The notes under the pieces: generated by a model
The model's database searches: none
Seen by the model: the letters and a program-made list of their open reading frames with translations, nothing else
Told to the model about the DNA's origin: nothing
DNA from: Lingula anatina
Taxonomy: Eukaryota; Animalia; Brachiopoda
Length of the DNA stretch: 64,000 nucleotides
Direction of reading: 5' to 3'
Assembly: GCA_051362555.1 (NCBI GenBank)
Contig: CM120640.1
Coordinates: 65,636,788 to 65,700,787 of the forward strand
Shown here: positions 1 through 11,680 of the stretch, piece by piece
Position numbering within the stretch: position 1 is the first letter of the stretch
Layout of the letters: every line of letters begins with the position of its first letter
Made by a program: the position numbers and the translations under genes

Positions 1-2
1 TT

Positions 3-659
3 GAAAGCCTGTGTGTGTTGGCCAGACATCTCATCATGGACTGCCCCAGGTTCAGTAGCAATTCAGAACTTGATGTTATTCAAAGCCCAGAGTGCATATA
101 CAGCAGCACTTTGAACCAGCATAACGTGAGGTTTATGATGACTGCAGACCAGACTGTCATATCTGCTGAGAGGAGCAAAGTTTCTGGAGCATCAGAGACA
201 TTCACTGCCATGTTAGAAGGACATTATTCTGAGTCTGGACAAGATGAAATTTACATTTCAGAAGCTTCTGGATCTGCTTTTTGCTATTTGCTGCATTTTC
301 TCCATGGTTGTCGCAGCGGCTGTGACGTGATTGCAGGAAATGGTGCTGCAGGCGACACATCTTTGGACGTGGATTTAGAAACACTGTCTTTGTCTGATAG
401 ATACATACTGCCTGCTCTACAGAGACACATCTCTACTGTTATTGCTCAAAAACACTGGAATGCCTCCCATATTGTGCACATTTACAGATATGCTTCCATG
501 CATAATTGTGAGAACTTGGCCAGGGATTGCTTAAAGTTTATGCTTGTTGGAAAATTAAAATGGAGTGAACGTTCATCAGTGTTGCTGGAGATTTTCTCTG
601 GACCAAACCGAGACCAAGTCCGGAAAGAGATGGGACATCTTTTGGTTGAACTTCTGTGA
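3..659 (+). CDS. ARMC5: Last coding exon (5'-truncated by window edge) of armadillo repeat-containing protein 5, C-terminal BTB/POZ domain
   Basis: Frame open from position 3 to TGA at 657-659. The translation ASETFTAMLEGHYSESGQDEIYI...FCYLLHFLHGCRSGC...LSLSDRYILPALQ is a BTB domain, and the LHxLHGCR motif is characteristic of the ARMC5 C-terminus. Confidence 0.8.
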   Translation, partial: ESLCVLARHLIMDCPRFSSNSELDVIQSPECIYSSTLNQHNVRFMMTADQTVISAERSKVSGASETFTAMLEGHYSESGQDEIYISEASGSAFCYLLHFLHGCRSGCDVIAGNGAAGDTSLDVDLETLSLSDRYILPALQRHISTVIAQKHWNASHIVHIYRYASMHNCENLARDCLKFMLVGKLKWSERSSVLLEIFSGPNRDQVRKEMGHLLVELL

Positions 660-1691
660 ATTAGAGTCTCTCTGAGGAATGATACACCTTTTCCTAAGTT
701 GGATGAACAATTACACCTGCCACTTTAATTTTAAGATCCAAAAGAAAATGGTGATCCATGTAGCTATCTAAAGCAATACTTAGTATTCCATATAATACTT
801 ATCTATTGACTTTCAACCCCCAGCCCCTCCAAAAAACATACCGATGTGTATTAAGACCAATATTCCTTCAGTTGACTAAAAGAGACCACTCTTTTTGGAT
901 TCATAGAGGAAAAAGTAGATAAATTTTCCTGGCTTCATTGATAGTTTTCTATTGCTTTCTGATTTGTGTTGTATTCATTGGAAGTAAATTATATTGATAT
1001 ACAGTATACGTAATTCAAGTTACTGGAAATGAATTTTAATGAATCTTAAAAGAGTTAATCAAAAATATCCATAGGTTTCATTTAGGGAAAGATTACAGAA
1101 TGAATTAAAATAATAATAAATTCATTAATAAAATAGTTTTGAATTCCTATTTTTTTCTTAGAATGGAGCAAATTGGACATTTAAAATTGTTCTATTGATA
1201 TTTTTCCTTTGTCAACAATTTTCTCAGTTGATCATTTAAAAATGACAGTAAATTGAGTGTTTTGTTATATGTAAACAAAGGTGTTGAAAGTGGAAAGAAA
1301 ATCATTTCAGTACAGTTATCTCTTGTTTACATTTTGGCATTTTGAAGGTGTGACTCTGAACTTCCATGGCCTTGAAGACCTTTCCATGGCACATTTTCTG
1401 AATATCCATGATACTTTTATTTTATTATTAAAAATTGATTGTCATTATGCTGTTAAGCATTAATTTAATATTGCATCAAAATTGAAGACAACCCCATTTT
1501 AAACAATGACTCCATACTGACAATTAAAGGAAAACCATGTCACTTACTCTTCTCAAACTTACAGAAATGTAGCATAGGACTAAAATATAGCTTCAGTTGG
1601 AAAACCTGTTATATCTTTCTTAGAAATTAGGCCACACTTTTTTATATTTATGGATGACATCCTCTGGGGACCCTGAAATCGGTGCAAGAGG

Positions 1692-1724
<33 letters not shown>

Positions 1725-2111
1725 CTGCTAAGTAAAGAATGCTGTCAGTACACAGCTAGAAACATAAATTTATCACAGAAACACGTATCAAACTAACAAT
1801 ATATCCATGCTCTCAGAATATTAAAGCATTATGAACACTTCACAGTTCTAAATGTTTAAAAGAATATTAATACTTCCAAATCTATTAAAGGTTATTTCAG
1901 TCGATGCCATTATGTCTACTTCGACTCACACGAAGCAGCTTAACTGTCGGGTGGCCTGTCCGACCTAAGCTCAAGCCCACCAAATACCTCAACGCCCTTG
2001 TCGACCCTTTTTTCGCTACAAAAAAAACCCCCTGGTTGGTGCTGCTTTGGACAGAATGTCACTGAAAACTTCCGGGCGATAATCGCTGGCCACCGCCAGC
2101 CTTTCGTATAA

Positions 2112-5100
2112 TTGTACCACCAGCGTTAGCGCTGGCGGTACACATGGTTTCGGTCCCGTCCGGATCGTTCCGCCGGCTCCGTTGGCTCAGCCGGCTCCGC
2201 CGGACGGCTACCGTTACCGCTTCTCCTCCTAGACGGTAAGGGCCCCCGTACCCATCTCATGGATTTAGGTCACCTATAATCTCAACTCGTTCCACGTAAA
2301 ATTTGGGCTTTGTCGGTATTGGGGTCTGGGTGTGGCACTCATTGCAATGCACCCTTGTCTAAAAATGGCAAAATTAAATGCTAATTATCTACCCTACGGA
2401 AGGAGTTATGGGAAAAATTTCTATAGACGGCTTTCCAAAAGTCATATGTGTAGATTTCAAATATACCCTTGGATTTGACCTTTGACCTCTACTTCAAGGT
2501 CAAATGGGCCAAAATTTTCAAAAAAATGAAATTTTTTACGAAAAAAATTTTTTTTTTCCCTGTTATTCAGACACCACACAGACTTAACCAATAATATTAT
2601 TGGGAAGTGTTACCCTTCAGGTCATCTTTCATCTCCATGAATTTGGGGTCAATCGGTGCATTTTCACGGGAGTAGCGGCCATAAGATACCGAAACTGAAA
2701 ACTGTCTCTAATTCGGGAACCGTTAATGCTAGAGACCCATTCTTTTTTGCATTTTGTAGAGCATGTAAAGCCCAACACTGGGGGTGGTCTCGGTTTTTTT
2801 GTTTTCCATACGGTTTTCGAGTTACGCTGTATCAAAAAGTACATATTGGTGGTAAAAGCAAAATGTGCAGTACGGTAATGGATAATAAATTTTGAACTCT
2901 GGAAAAATAAAATATAAGGCTTGGCAAAGCAGACAACTTGTGTTCAAAAATGACATTATTTCATCAAATTTGAACTTCTGAAACTTCAGAGCACCTCCTA
3001 TTTCAAGAATTTTGACCAAAATGACATTTTCTTTATTTTAATTAATTTTTTCTGTACGAAATTTAAGGCACATTATGGTAACTCCAAAATTATAACATCT
3101 AGTCCCTTATATCTCCAAAACTGGCAGAGATAGGTCCATAGTTACTATTGAAGTTGAATAGGAAGTCATATACTGGCAATCTTACTATGACCTTGAAATT
3201 GACCTTTGACCTACTTTTCACCATGAACTGAACTTTGCAAATTTTTCTTCCCTTTTATCTCCAAAACTGGCAGAGATAGGTCCATAGTTACTATTGAACT
3301 TGAATAGGAAGTCATATACTGGCAATCTAAATGTGACCTTAAAATTGACCTTTGACCTACTTTACACCATGAACTGAATTTTGCAAATTTTGCTTTCCTT
3401 TTATCTCCAAATCTGGCAGAGATAGGTCCGTAGTTACTATTGAACTTGAATAGGAAGTCATATACTGGCAATCTAAATGTGACCTTAAAATTGACCTTTG
3501 ACCTACTTTTCACCATAAACTGAACTTTGCAAAATTTGCTTCCCTTTTATCTCCAAAACTGGCAGAGATAGGTCCATAGTTACTATTGAAGTTGAATAGG
3601 AAGTCATATACTGGCAATCTTACTATGACCTTGAAATTGACCTTTGACCTACTTTTCACCATGAACTGAACTTTGCAAATTTTTCTTCCCTTTTATCTCC
3701 AAAACTGGCAGAGATAGGTCCATAGTTACTATTGAACTTGAATAGGAAGTCACATACTGGCAATCTAAATGTGACCTTAAAATTGACCTTTGACCTACTT
3801 TACACCATGAACTGAATTTTGCAAATTTTGCTTTCCTTTTATCTCCAAATCTGGCAGAGATAGGTCCGTAGTTACTATTGAACTTGAATAGGAAGTCATA
3901 TACTGGCAATCTAAATGTGACCTTAAAATTGACCTTTGACCTACTTTTCACCATAAACTGAACTTTGCAAAATTTGCTTCCCTTTTATCTCCAAAACTGG
4001 CAGAGATAGGTCCGTAGTTACTATTGAACTTGAATAGGAAGTCATATACTGGCAATCTAAATGTGACCTTAACATTGACCTTTGACCTACTTTTCACCAT
4101 GAACTGAACTTTGCAAATTTTTCTTCCCTTTTATCTCCAAAACTGGCAGAGATAGGTCCATAGTTACTATTGAAGTTGAATAGGAAGTCATATACTGGCA
4201 ATCTAAATGTGACCTTAAAATTGACCTTTGACCTACTTTACACCATGAACTAAATTTTGCAAATTTTGCTTTCCTTTTATCTCCAAAACTGGCTGAGATA
4301 GGTCCGTAGTTACTATTGAACTTGAATAGGAAGTCATATACTGGCAATCTAAATGTGACCTTAAAATTGACCTTTGACCTACTTTTCACCATAAACTGAA
4401 TTTTGCAAATTTTGCTTCCCTTTTATCTCCAAAACTGGCAGAGATAGGTCCATAGTTACTATTGAACTTGAAAAGGAAGTCATATACTGGCAATCTAAAT
4501 GTGACCTTAAAATTGACCTTTGACCTACTTTACACCATGAACTGAATTTTGCAAATTTTGCTTCCCTTTTATCTCCAAAACTGGCTGAGATAGGTCCATA
4601 GTTACTATTGAACTTGAAAAGGAAGTCATATACTGGCAATCTAAATGTGACCTTAAAATTGACCTTTGACCTACTTTACACCATGAACTGAATTTTGCAA
4701 ATTTTGCTTTCCTTTTATCTCCAAAACTGGCTGAGATAGGTCCGTAGTTACTATTGAACTTGAATAGGAAGTCATATACTGGCATTATAAATGTGACATT
4801 AAAATTGACCTTTGTCCTACTTTTCACCATAAACTGAAGTTTGCAAATTTTGCTTCCCTTTTATCTCCAAAACTGACAGAGATAGGTCCATAGTTACTAT
4901 TGAACTTGAATAGAAAGTCATATACTGGCAATCTAAATGTGACCTTGAAATTGACCTTTGACCTACTTTTCACCATGAACTTAATTTTGCAAATTTTGCT
5001 TCCCTTTTATCTCCAAAACTGGCTGAGATAGGTCCATAGTTACTATTGAAGTTGAATAGGAAGTCCTATACTGGCAATCTAAGTGTGACCTTGAAATTGA

Positions 5101-5460
5101 CCTTTGACCTACTTTTTATCATGAACTGAACTCTGCTAATTTCTTTCTCTTTTAACTTCAAACTTGACAGAGATAGGTCCATAGTTACTCTTGAACTTGA
5201 ATAGGAAGTCATATACTGGCAATTTACTGTGACCTTGAAATTGACCCTTGACCTACCTCACGAAGAACTTAAATTTGATTGTACCATATATATTTTTTGC
5301 AATAGTTAAAAAATTCTTGTTGATTGCATTTTTACAGCTTGTCAAGCACAAAACTGGCGGCTGTGTCCCTTATTTTGTGTATGTGGGGGTCTATACGAAT
5401 GCGTTTGCTCCAGCTGGTGGTACAATATTTGGAGGCGGTATCGCCTCTCTGATCCTCTAG
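2112..5460 (+). mobile_element. Non-autonomous Helentron-associated element (HINE/DINE-1-like), family A, full-length copy 1
   Basis: 5' subterminal repeat TTGTACCACCAGC with an adjacent inverted copy GCTGGCGGTACA, a short ccggctccg microrepeat and a central 146-bp array. The 3' end has the inverted repeat GCTGGTGGTACAA (~5413-5425), the hairpin GAGGCG-gtat-CGCCTC and a CTAG end followed by TT. It is inserted at a TT site with no clear TSD. Confidence 0.85.
3100..5260. repeat. Tandem array of ~15 x 146-bp units, with 438-bp (3-mer) higher-order periodicity in the left half
   Basis: Unit ...ttttatctccaaaactggcagagataggtccatagttactattgaacttgaataggaagtcatatactggcaatctaaatgtgaccttaaaattgacctttgacctac... 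Near-identical 101-aa spurious ORFs recur at 3211, 3649, 4087 and 4525 (spacing 438). Confidence 0.95.
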
Positions 5461-6216
5461 TTGTAAAAAGGTAATGTCTCCATGACCAATATTAATGGCA
5501 TACCAATCCAAAACAACGGCCCACGTTCTCTTTATGACTTTAATTGTTGTGTAATTTAAAAGTAATCCTAGAGATGAATTTGACGGCAAAGCGGCCATAT
5601 TTCCACGTGGCGATAATATGCATGTGCAGAAAACACATTTTCCGGCAAATTCAATGATGAAGTTTGCGACAACCGACTTTGATGGGGGTGTGTTTTTTTC
5701 GGAGAACGGACGAAAATCAGTGCGCGCGCAGGATGTCATCCATAAAAAAAAACAGTGTGGCCTTATGTAGTTTTTTGTTAGAATTAAAATTTTCACATAT
5801 GGACATTTTCAAGGTGTGATTTAGTCTTTGAACTTCCATTGGCTTGAACTCCATTGCAGTCACATTTTCTGAATAGCCAGGATACATTTACTTTTTTATT
5901 AAAAATTAATGGTCATTATGATGTTATGCATTATGTTATATTGCATAAAAGTTGAAGAAACCCTATTTTGGACATCGCTGCCAGGATTACCATTAAGGAA
6001 AAAACCATGTTATTTATGATAATCAAACTTACTGAATAGTTTCATAGGACTGAAGTGCAGCTTGTGTTGGAAAATCAGTGTGATTGTTTTCTGTTTTGGA
6101 AGCAATGTACATGTAGCTCTATAGAGTGCTATATGGGGATACTGTTTACGGATGGTGGTAATTGTCCTTTGGGGTAATCACTAGCTAAATTCAGAGCTAT
6201 AAAATCACTTCCCTAA

Positions 6217-7002
6217 TTGTACCACCAGCGTAGGTGCTGGCGGTACACATGGTTTTAGTCCCGACCCGTATGTTCCGCCGGCTCCTGCGGCTCCGTCACC
6301 AAGTCATTGTTACCGCTTCTCCTCCTAGACTACTAGGGCCTACATGCCCATCTCTTGGATTTAGGTCACCTATAATCTCAACTCGTTCCACGTAAAATTT
6401 GGGCTTTGTCGGTGTAGGGGTCTAGGTGTGGCTCTCATTGCAATGCACCCTTGTCCAAAAACGGCAAAATTAAATGCTAATTATCTACCCTACGGGAGGA
6501 ATTATGGGAAAAATTTCTACAGACGGCTGACCGAAAGTCATATGTGGAGATTTCAAGTATGCCCTTGGATTTGACCTTTGACCTTTATTTCAAGGTCAAA
6601 CGGGCCAAAACTTTCAAAAAAATGAAATTTTTTATGAAAAAAAAAATTATTTGCGCTGATATTCAGAAACTACACAGACTTAACCAATAATATTATTGGA
6701 AAGTGTTACCCTTCGGGTCATCTTTCATCTCCGTGAATTTGGGGTCAATCGGTGCATTTTCACGGGATAAGCGGCCATAAGATACCGAAACTGAAAACTG
6801 TCTCTAATTCGGGAACCATTAATGCTAGAGACCCATTCTTTTTTGCATTTTGTAGAGCATGTAAAGCCCAACACTGAAGGTGGTCTCCGTTTTTTGTATT
6901 CCATATGGTTTTCGAGTTACGCTGTATCAAAAAGTACATTGTGGTGGTGAAAGCAAAATGAGCACTATGGTAATGGATAATAAATTTTGAACCCCAGGAA
7001 AA
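6217..7002 (+). mobile_element. HINE family A copy 2, 5' portion, interrupted at 7002
   Basis: Starts TTGTACCACCAGCgtaggtGCTGGCGGTACAcatgg and is colinear with 2112-2905. Confidence 0.85.
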
Positions 7003-9065
7003 CTAGAGGATCAGAGAGGCGATACTGCCTCCGAATATTGTACCACCAGCTGGAGTAAGCACGATCGTATAAACCCACACACACAAAAAAGGGACACCAC
7101 CACCAGTCTTGTGCTTGACAAGCTGTAAAAAATGCAATCAACAAGAATTCTCAAAAAATGCAAAAAAAATATATAACTAAAAATGGTACAATCAAAGTTT
7201 AGTTCATAGTAAGGTAGGTCAAAGGTCAATTTCAAGGTCACAGTAAATTTTCAGTATATGACTTCCTATTCAAGTTCAATAGCAACTATGGACCTATCTC
7301 TGCTAGTTTTGGTGATAAAAGGGAACCAAAATTTGTAAACTGCAATTCATGATAAAAAGTAGGTCAAAGGTCAATTTCAAGGTCACACTTAGATTGCCAG
7401 TATGTGACTTCCTATTCAAATTCAATAGTAACTATGGGCGTATCTTTGCCAGTTTTGGAGATAAAAGGGAACCAAAATTTGCAAAGTTAAGTTCATGGTA
7501 AAAAGTAGGTCAAAGGTCAATTTCAAGGTCACATTTAGATTGTCAGTATATGACTTCCTATTCAAGTGCAATAGCAACTATGGACCTATCTCTGCCAGTT
7601 TTGGAGATAAAAGGGAACCAAAATTTGCCAAGTTCAGTTCATGGTTAAAAGTAGGTCAAAGGTCAATTTTAAGGTCACACTTAGATTGCCAGTATATGAC
7701 TTCCTATTCAAATTCAATAGAAACTATGGGAGTATCTTTGCCAGTTTTAGAGATAAAAGGAAACCAAAATTTGCAAAGTTAATTCATGGTAAAAAGTAGG
7801 TCAAAGGTCAATTTTAAGGTCACAGTAAATTGTCTCTAATGACTTCATATTCAAATTCAATAGTAACAATGGACCTATCATTGCCAGTTTTGGAGATAAA
7901 AGGGAACCAAAATTTGTAAACTTCAATTCATGATGAAAAGTAGGTCAAAAGTCAATTTCAAGGTCACACTTAGATTGCCTCTAATGACTTCTATTTGAAT
8001 TCAATAGTTACTATGGGCGTATTTTTGCCAGTTTTGGAGATAAAAGGAAACCAAAATTTGCAATGTTAAGTTCATGGTAAAAAGTAGGTCAAAGGTCAAT
8101 TTTAAGGTCACAGTAAATTGACTTTAATGACTTCATATTCAAATTCAATAATAACTATGGACATATCATTACCAGTATTGCAGATAAAAGGGAACCAAAA
8201 TTTGCCAAGTTCAATTCATGATGAAAAGTAGATCAAAGGTTAATTTCAAGGTCACATTTAGATTGCCAGTATATGACTTCCTATTCAAGTTCAATAGTAA
8301 CTATGGACATATCATTACCAGTATTGCAGATAAAAGGGAACCAAATTTTGCAAAGTTAAGTTTATGGTTAAAAGTAGGTCAAAGGTCAATTTTAAGGTCA
8401 CACTTAGATATGACTTCCTATTCAAATTCAATAGTAACTATGGGCGTATCTTTGCCAGTTTTGGAGATAAAAGGAAACCAAAATTTGCAAAGTTAATTCA
8501 TGGAAAAAAGTAGGTCAAAGGTCAATTTTAAGGTCACAGTAAATTGTCTCTAATGACTTCATATTCAAATTCAATAGTACCTATGGACCTATCTCTGCCA
8601 GTTTTGGAGATAAAAGGGTACCAAAATTTGCAAAGTTCAATTCATGATGAAAAGTAGATCAAAGGTTAATTTCAAGGTCACATTTAGATTGCCAGTATAT
8701 GACTTCCTATTCAAGTTCAATAGTAACTATGGACCTATCTCTGCCAGTTTTGGAGATAAAAGGGAATAAAAATTTGCAAAGTTTAGTTCATGGTGAAAAG
8801 TAGGTCAAAGGTCAATTTCAACATCACATTTAGATTGCCACTTTATGACTTCCTATGCAAGTTCAATAGTAACTATGGACCTATCTCTGCCAGTTTTGAA
8901 AATAAAAGCATTAAAAAGTTGCAAAGTTCAGTTCATGGTGTAAAGTAGGTCAAAGGTCAATTTCAAGGTCACAGTTAGATTGCCAGTATATGACTTCCTA
9001 TTCAACTTCAATAGTAACTATGGACCTACCTCTGCCAGTTTTGGAGATAAAAGGGAATCAAAATT
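7003..9065 (-). mobile_element. HINE family A copy 3, inverted, intact 3' end and 5'-truncated, carrying ~13 more diverged 146-bp units
   Basis: CTAGAGGATCAGAGAGGCGATACTGCCTCCGAATATTGTACCACCAGC at 7003 is the reverse complement of the family A 3' end. The array at ~7200-9065 is the reverse complement of the 146-bp unit. Confidence 0.85.
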
Positions 9066-9253
9066 GAACTTAAATAGGAAGTCATATACTGGCAATTTAC
9101 TGTGACCTTGAAATTGACCTTTGACCTACCTTACGATGAACTGAACTTTGATTGTACCATTTTTAGTTATATATATATTTTTTTGCATATTTTGAGAATT
9201 CCTGTTGATTGCATTTTTTACAGCTTGTCAAGCACAAGACTGGTGGTGTCCCT
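9066..9253 (+). mobile_element. HINE family A 3'-proximal fragment (probable remainder of copy 2), lacking the terminal hairpin
   Basis: Matches 5192-5370 directly and about 7090-7277 in inverted orientation. Confidence 0.75.
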
Positions 9254-9949
9254 ACCAGTATATACACTAACATCACCCCGTCTCCAGAAGCAGCAGCGAC
9301 GCCGTGCTACTTTCATGGGAATTATTCAAACAAACGAAAAGTCACTCTTCTCTTTTAAAAGCGTGTGGCAAAGTTCTGAAGTTCTTACTTTAGCTTCAGT
9401 AGTCTAATGAATCATAAGTGTAATGCGTTTGTATTGACGGGCTATGCCAGCCACCTTTCACGTGAACTAAATATGATCTAAAAATCGAATTTGGGTCATC
9501 GACTGTTTACAAACATTGACTCACGTGAGTCTTGTGAGTTGTAGGACAGCCCTAAGTTTTCTTGCCACAAGGGACATCAAACGGATTTTAACATCTCTAC
9601 AAGCTACCAGTCTTCAAAATAAGTAAGTGTACAAAGCTTGTGTAAAATTCTGCTACGATCGTACATAATTTCATTCATTTCTTGCCATTTTTATTAGTGC
9701 TACTAGTAGAGCCTACGTATACCCTGTTATGAATGACAACTGCAAGGTCATTCATTCGTTCAGCTTAATAGTGTTGATTTAAGTGAGAGGCGTAGTTTTC
9801 GTGGAAGAATTAGCAAAATGTATCAGTTTACGAGGCAGTATTTGGGATTTAGATTTATACTTTTAAAAGTTGTAATGTATATTTGTTTATATTTTTGTTC
9901 AAATGAACGTGTATGTCTTTCCGTTGGCACAGCTTGTATAAAATAACAA

Positions 9950-9960
9950 GGGGAATTCCC
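9950..9960. promoter_or_regulatory. Consensus NF-kappaB site upstream of the TNFR gene
   Basis: GGGGAATTCCC, containing the perfect palindrome GGGAATTCCC. It lies in unique sequence between the repeat blocks, near TCACGTGA E-boxes (~9458, ~9521) and a candidate splice donor (aa|gtaagt ~9623). Confidence 0.35.
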
Positions 9961-11370
9961 TATGTACGGGATTTTTGTTCTGTTTAAAACTCTGCATGAT
10001 AATTAAAGGGGGTTGTCAGTGGGTCGAATTTAAAGAAAATCGTTATTAGATAAAAGTTGCTAGTTAGCATACGTAAAATGAATTTCATGACAATTTAAAA
10101 GTAATACTATCATAAGAAAGCCAACGTTATTCTTAATTGAACTTTGACCTCTCAACGAGTGACGAATATCGATGTCATTGAGCGGGTCGTCAGTGTCTGG
10201 GTTATGTAAGAAACTGATATGCCTTGAAAGGAGTGGTTTGTTGCAAATATGATACACTTATATGGTGGCTACAAGTAATAATGATGATGTCATGCGTTTA
10301 AGTTATAGGCCTATGTCAATGTATGTCCATGCAGGCGGATCACATTTGTTTTAACATTAATACTATGGATTTAACCCATCTCAAAGTTTCGGTCCTTCTA
10401 CAGTATTTTTACCATTTAAAAAAAAAGTCGACATAATCTTTCCAACTTTACAACTTTCTCCCAAAAGTAAAGCTTTGCCGCACATACATTTTACAGTTTA
10501 CAATAGATAGTTTTTCAATGCTTATGGGTGGCTAAGCATCAGCTGAAAACTAAAACGATGTTGAATTAAATTTAAAACTGATGATTTGAAATTGCCGATA
10601 TTGTTATTTCGCTATTCCAAACGATAGTACGGTCACACGCTAGTTAGGAGCCTTAAAACCCCCCTACAACGAAATAACAAATATCATCATGCTTTTAAAA
10701 AGTAAGAGAAAGGGTCGCTCCACATTTGAACAATTGATAGCTGCTTTCAGTAGAATAAACCAGAAGAAAGGCTCGTAGAAGTGTATCATGGTGACACAGT
10801 GACTAACATAAAACAAGGCAGCAAAGCTGTCAAATGTACAGACAAAAAACAGAAAATAAAGATGCAAAATAGGTCATTTTGTCAATTTTGATGCAATAAT
10901 AAATAATGCTTATAATAGCACTGTCAGTCAACACTGAATTTTAATCATGCACAACAGGTACCATGGTCAATAACAGGAGCAAACCCAGAGATATTTTCTG
11001 ACAGTATTCCAAAGTATCTATGTTGATCCATCCTCCATTTTTATGGTCTTCCAACAGAAAAAATAGATACCAGTCAATATAAACTTAATAACCTGACCGT
11101 CTTCTGGAAGACCCAGAAGATGGTCTCAATCCACCCCTTCAGTAAGATTACAGTTTCAGGACCATGAGAGTTCAAATTCTCATGATGAAAGTCTCAATAT
11201 TTGAAAAATGATGACAGTGCATAAAATAATATTACATAATGTTTAAAGACATAAAAAACAATACAACTTATGTGGAAATATAGAAAATGTGTAGAGCCTC
11301 AGGCAGATGAGAGTTAAAAGTCACAAATGCCAGTGTTTGAGAAAAAATTAAAAAGGAAAACATAACAAAA

Positions 11371-11591
11371 CTAGAAAAGCACTCCAAGAGTGCAGATCTC
11401 TGCCAAGACAGCAATTGTTGATTATTATTGATTGATTATTGATCCTGACCACCACCAAAAACTAATCATTGTCCTCCTTGCCCACTTCTGACAGTTCCTG
11501 AAAATTTCATCAAAATCGGTCCGTAACTTTTTGAGTTATGTTGATGACAGACAAACAGGGGTGAAAACATAACCTCCTTGGCAGAGGTAAA
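11371..11591 (-). mobile_element. Short HINE-type element, family C, nested in family B
   Basis: The minus strand reads TTTACCTCTGCCAAGGAGGTTATGTTTTCAC...(gtttgtctgtc)...CTTGGCAGAGATCT-GCACTC-ttg-GAGTGC-TTTTCTAG|TTTT. This gives subterminal IRs CTCTGCCAAG/CTTGGCAGAG, a 3' hairpin, a CTAG end and a T-rich target. Confidence 0.8.
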
Positions 11592-11633
11592 TATAATTCC
11601 AATGATGCTGCCATTCAAACTTTTAATCTTTTT

Positions 11634-11635
<2 letters not shown>

Positions 11636-11672
<37 letters not shown>
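11636..11672. repeat. (TA)n microsatellite
   Basis: Direct reading. Confidence 0.95.

Positions 11673-11680
<8 letters not shown>

Larger units (their letters stand above)
1630..5762. mobile_element. PIF/Harbinger-type (Tourist-like) non-autonomous element, copy 1, interrupted by a Helentron-type insertion at 2112-5460
   Basis: TIRs GGCCACAC(T)nATGGATGACATCCT (1630) and AGGATGTCATCCAT(A)nCAGTGTGGCC (ends 5762). The 3-bp TSD TTA is at 1627-1629 and 5763-5765. The body matches 53472-54444 in reverse orientation. Confidence 0.85.
1157..6090 (+). repeat. Old fragment of the ~335-bp-repeat element (family B interior), split in two (about 1157-1629 and 5763-6090) by later insertions
   Basis: 1157-1629 joined to 5766-6090 is the reverse complement of about 12430-13284. 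For example, agaatggagcaaattggacattt near 1160 matches aaatgtccaatttcctccattct near 13258. Confidence 0.7.

Noticed and set aside
5332-5796. 154-aa minus-strand ORF and the similar ORFs at 53308-54064 as a possible transposase
   Set aside because: It spans the HINE/MITE junction, has no DDE or Myb-like motifs, and the frame is not conserved between the two MITE copies.
3211-8496. Repeated 86-101 aa ORFs (MVKSRSKVNFKVTFRL...) on both strands
   Set aside because: They are chance read-throughs of the non-coding 146-bp monomer. The frame shifts every unit, and there is no splice or domain support.
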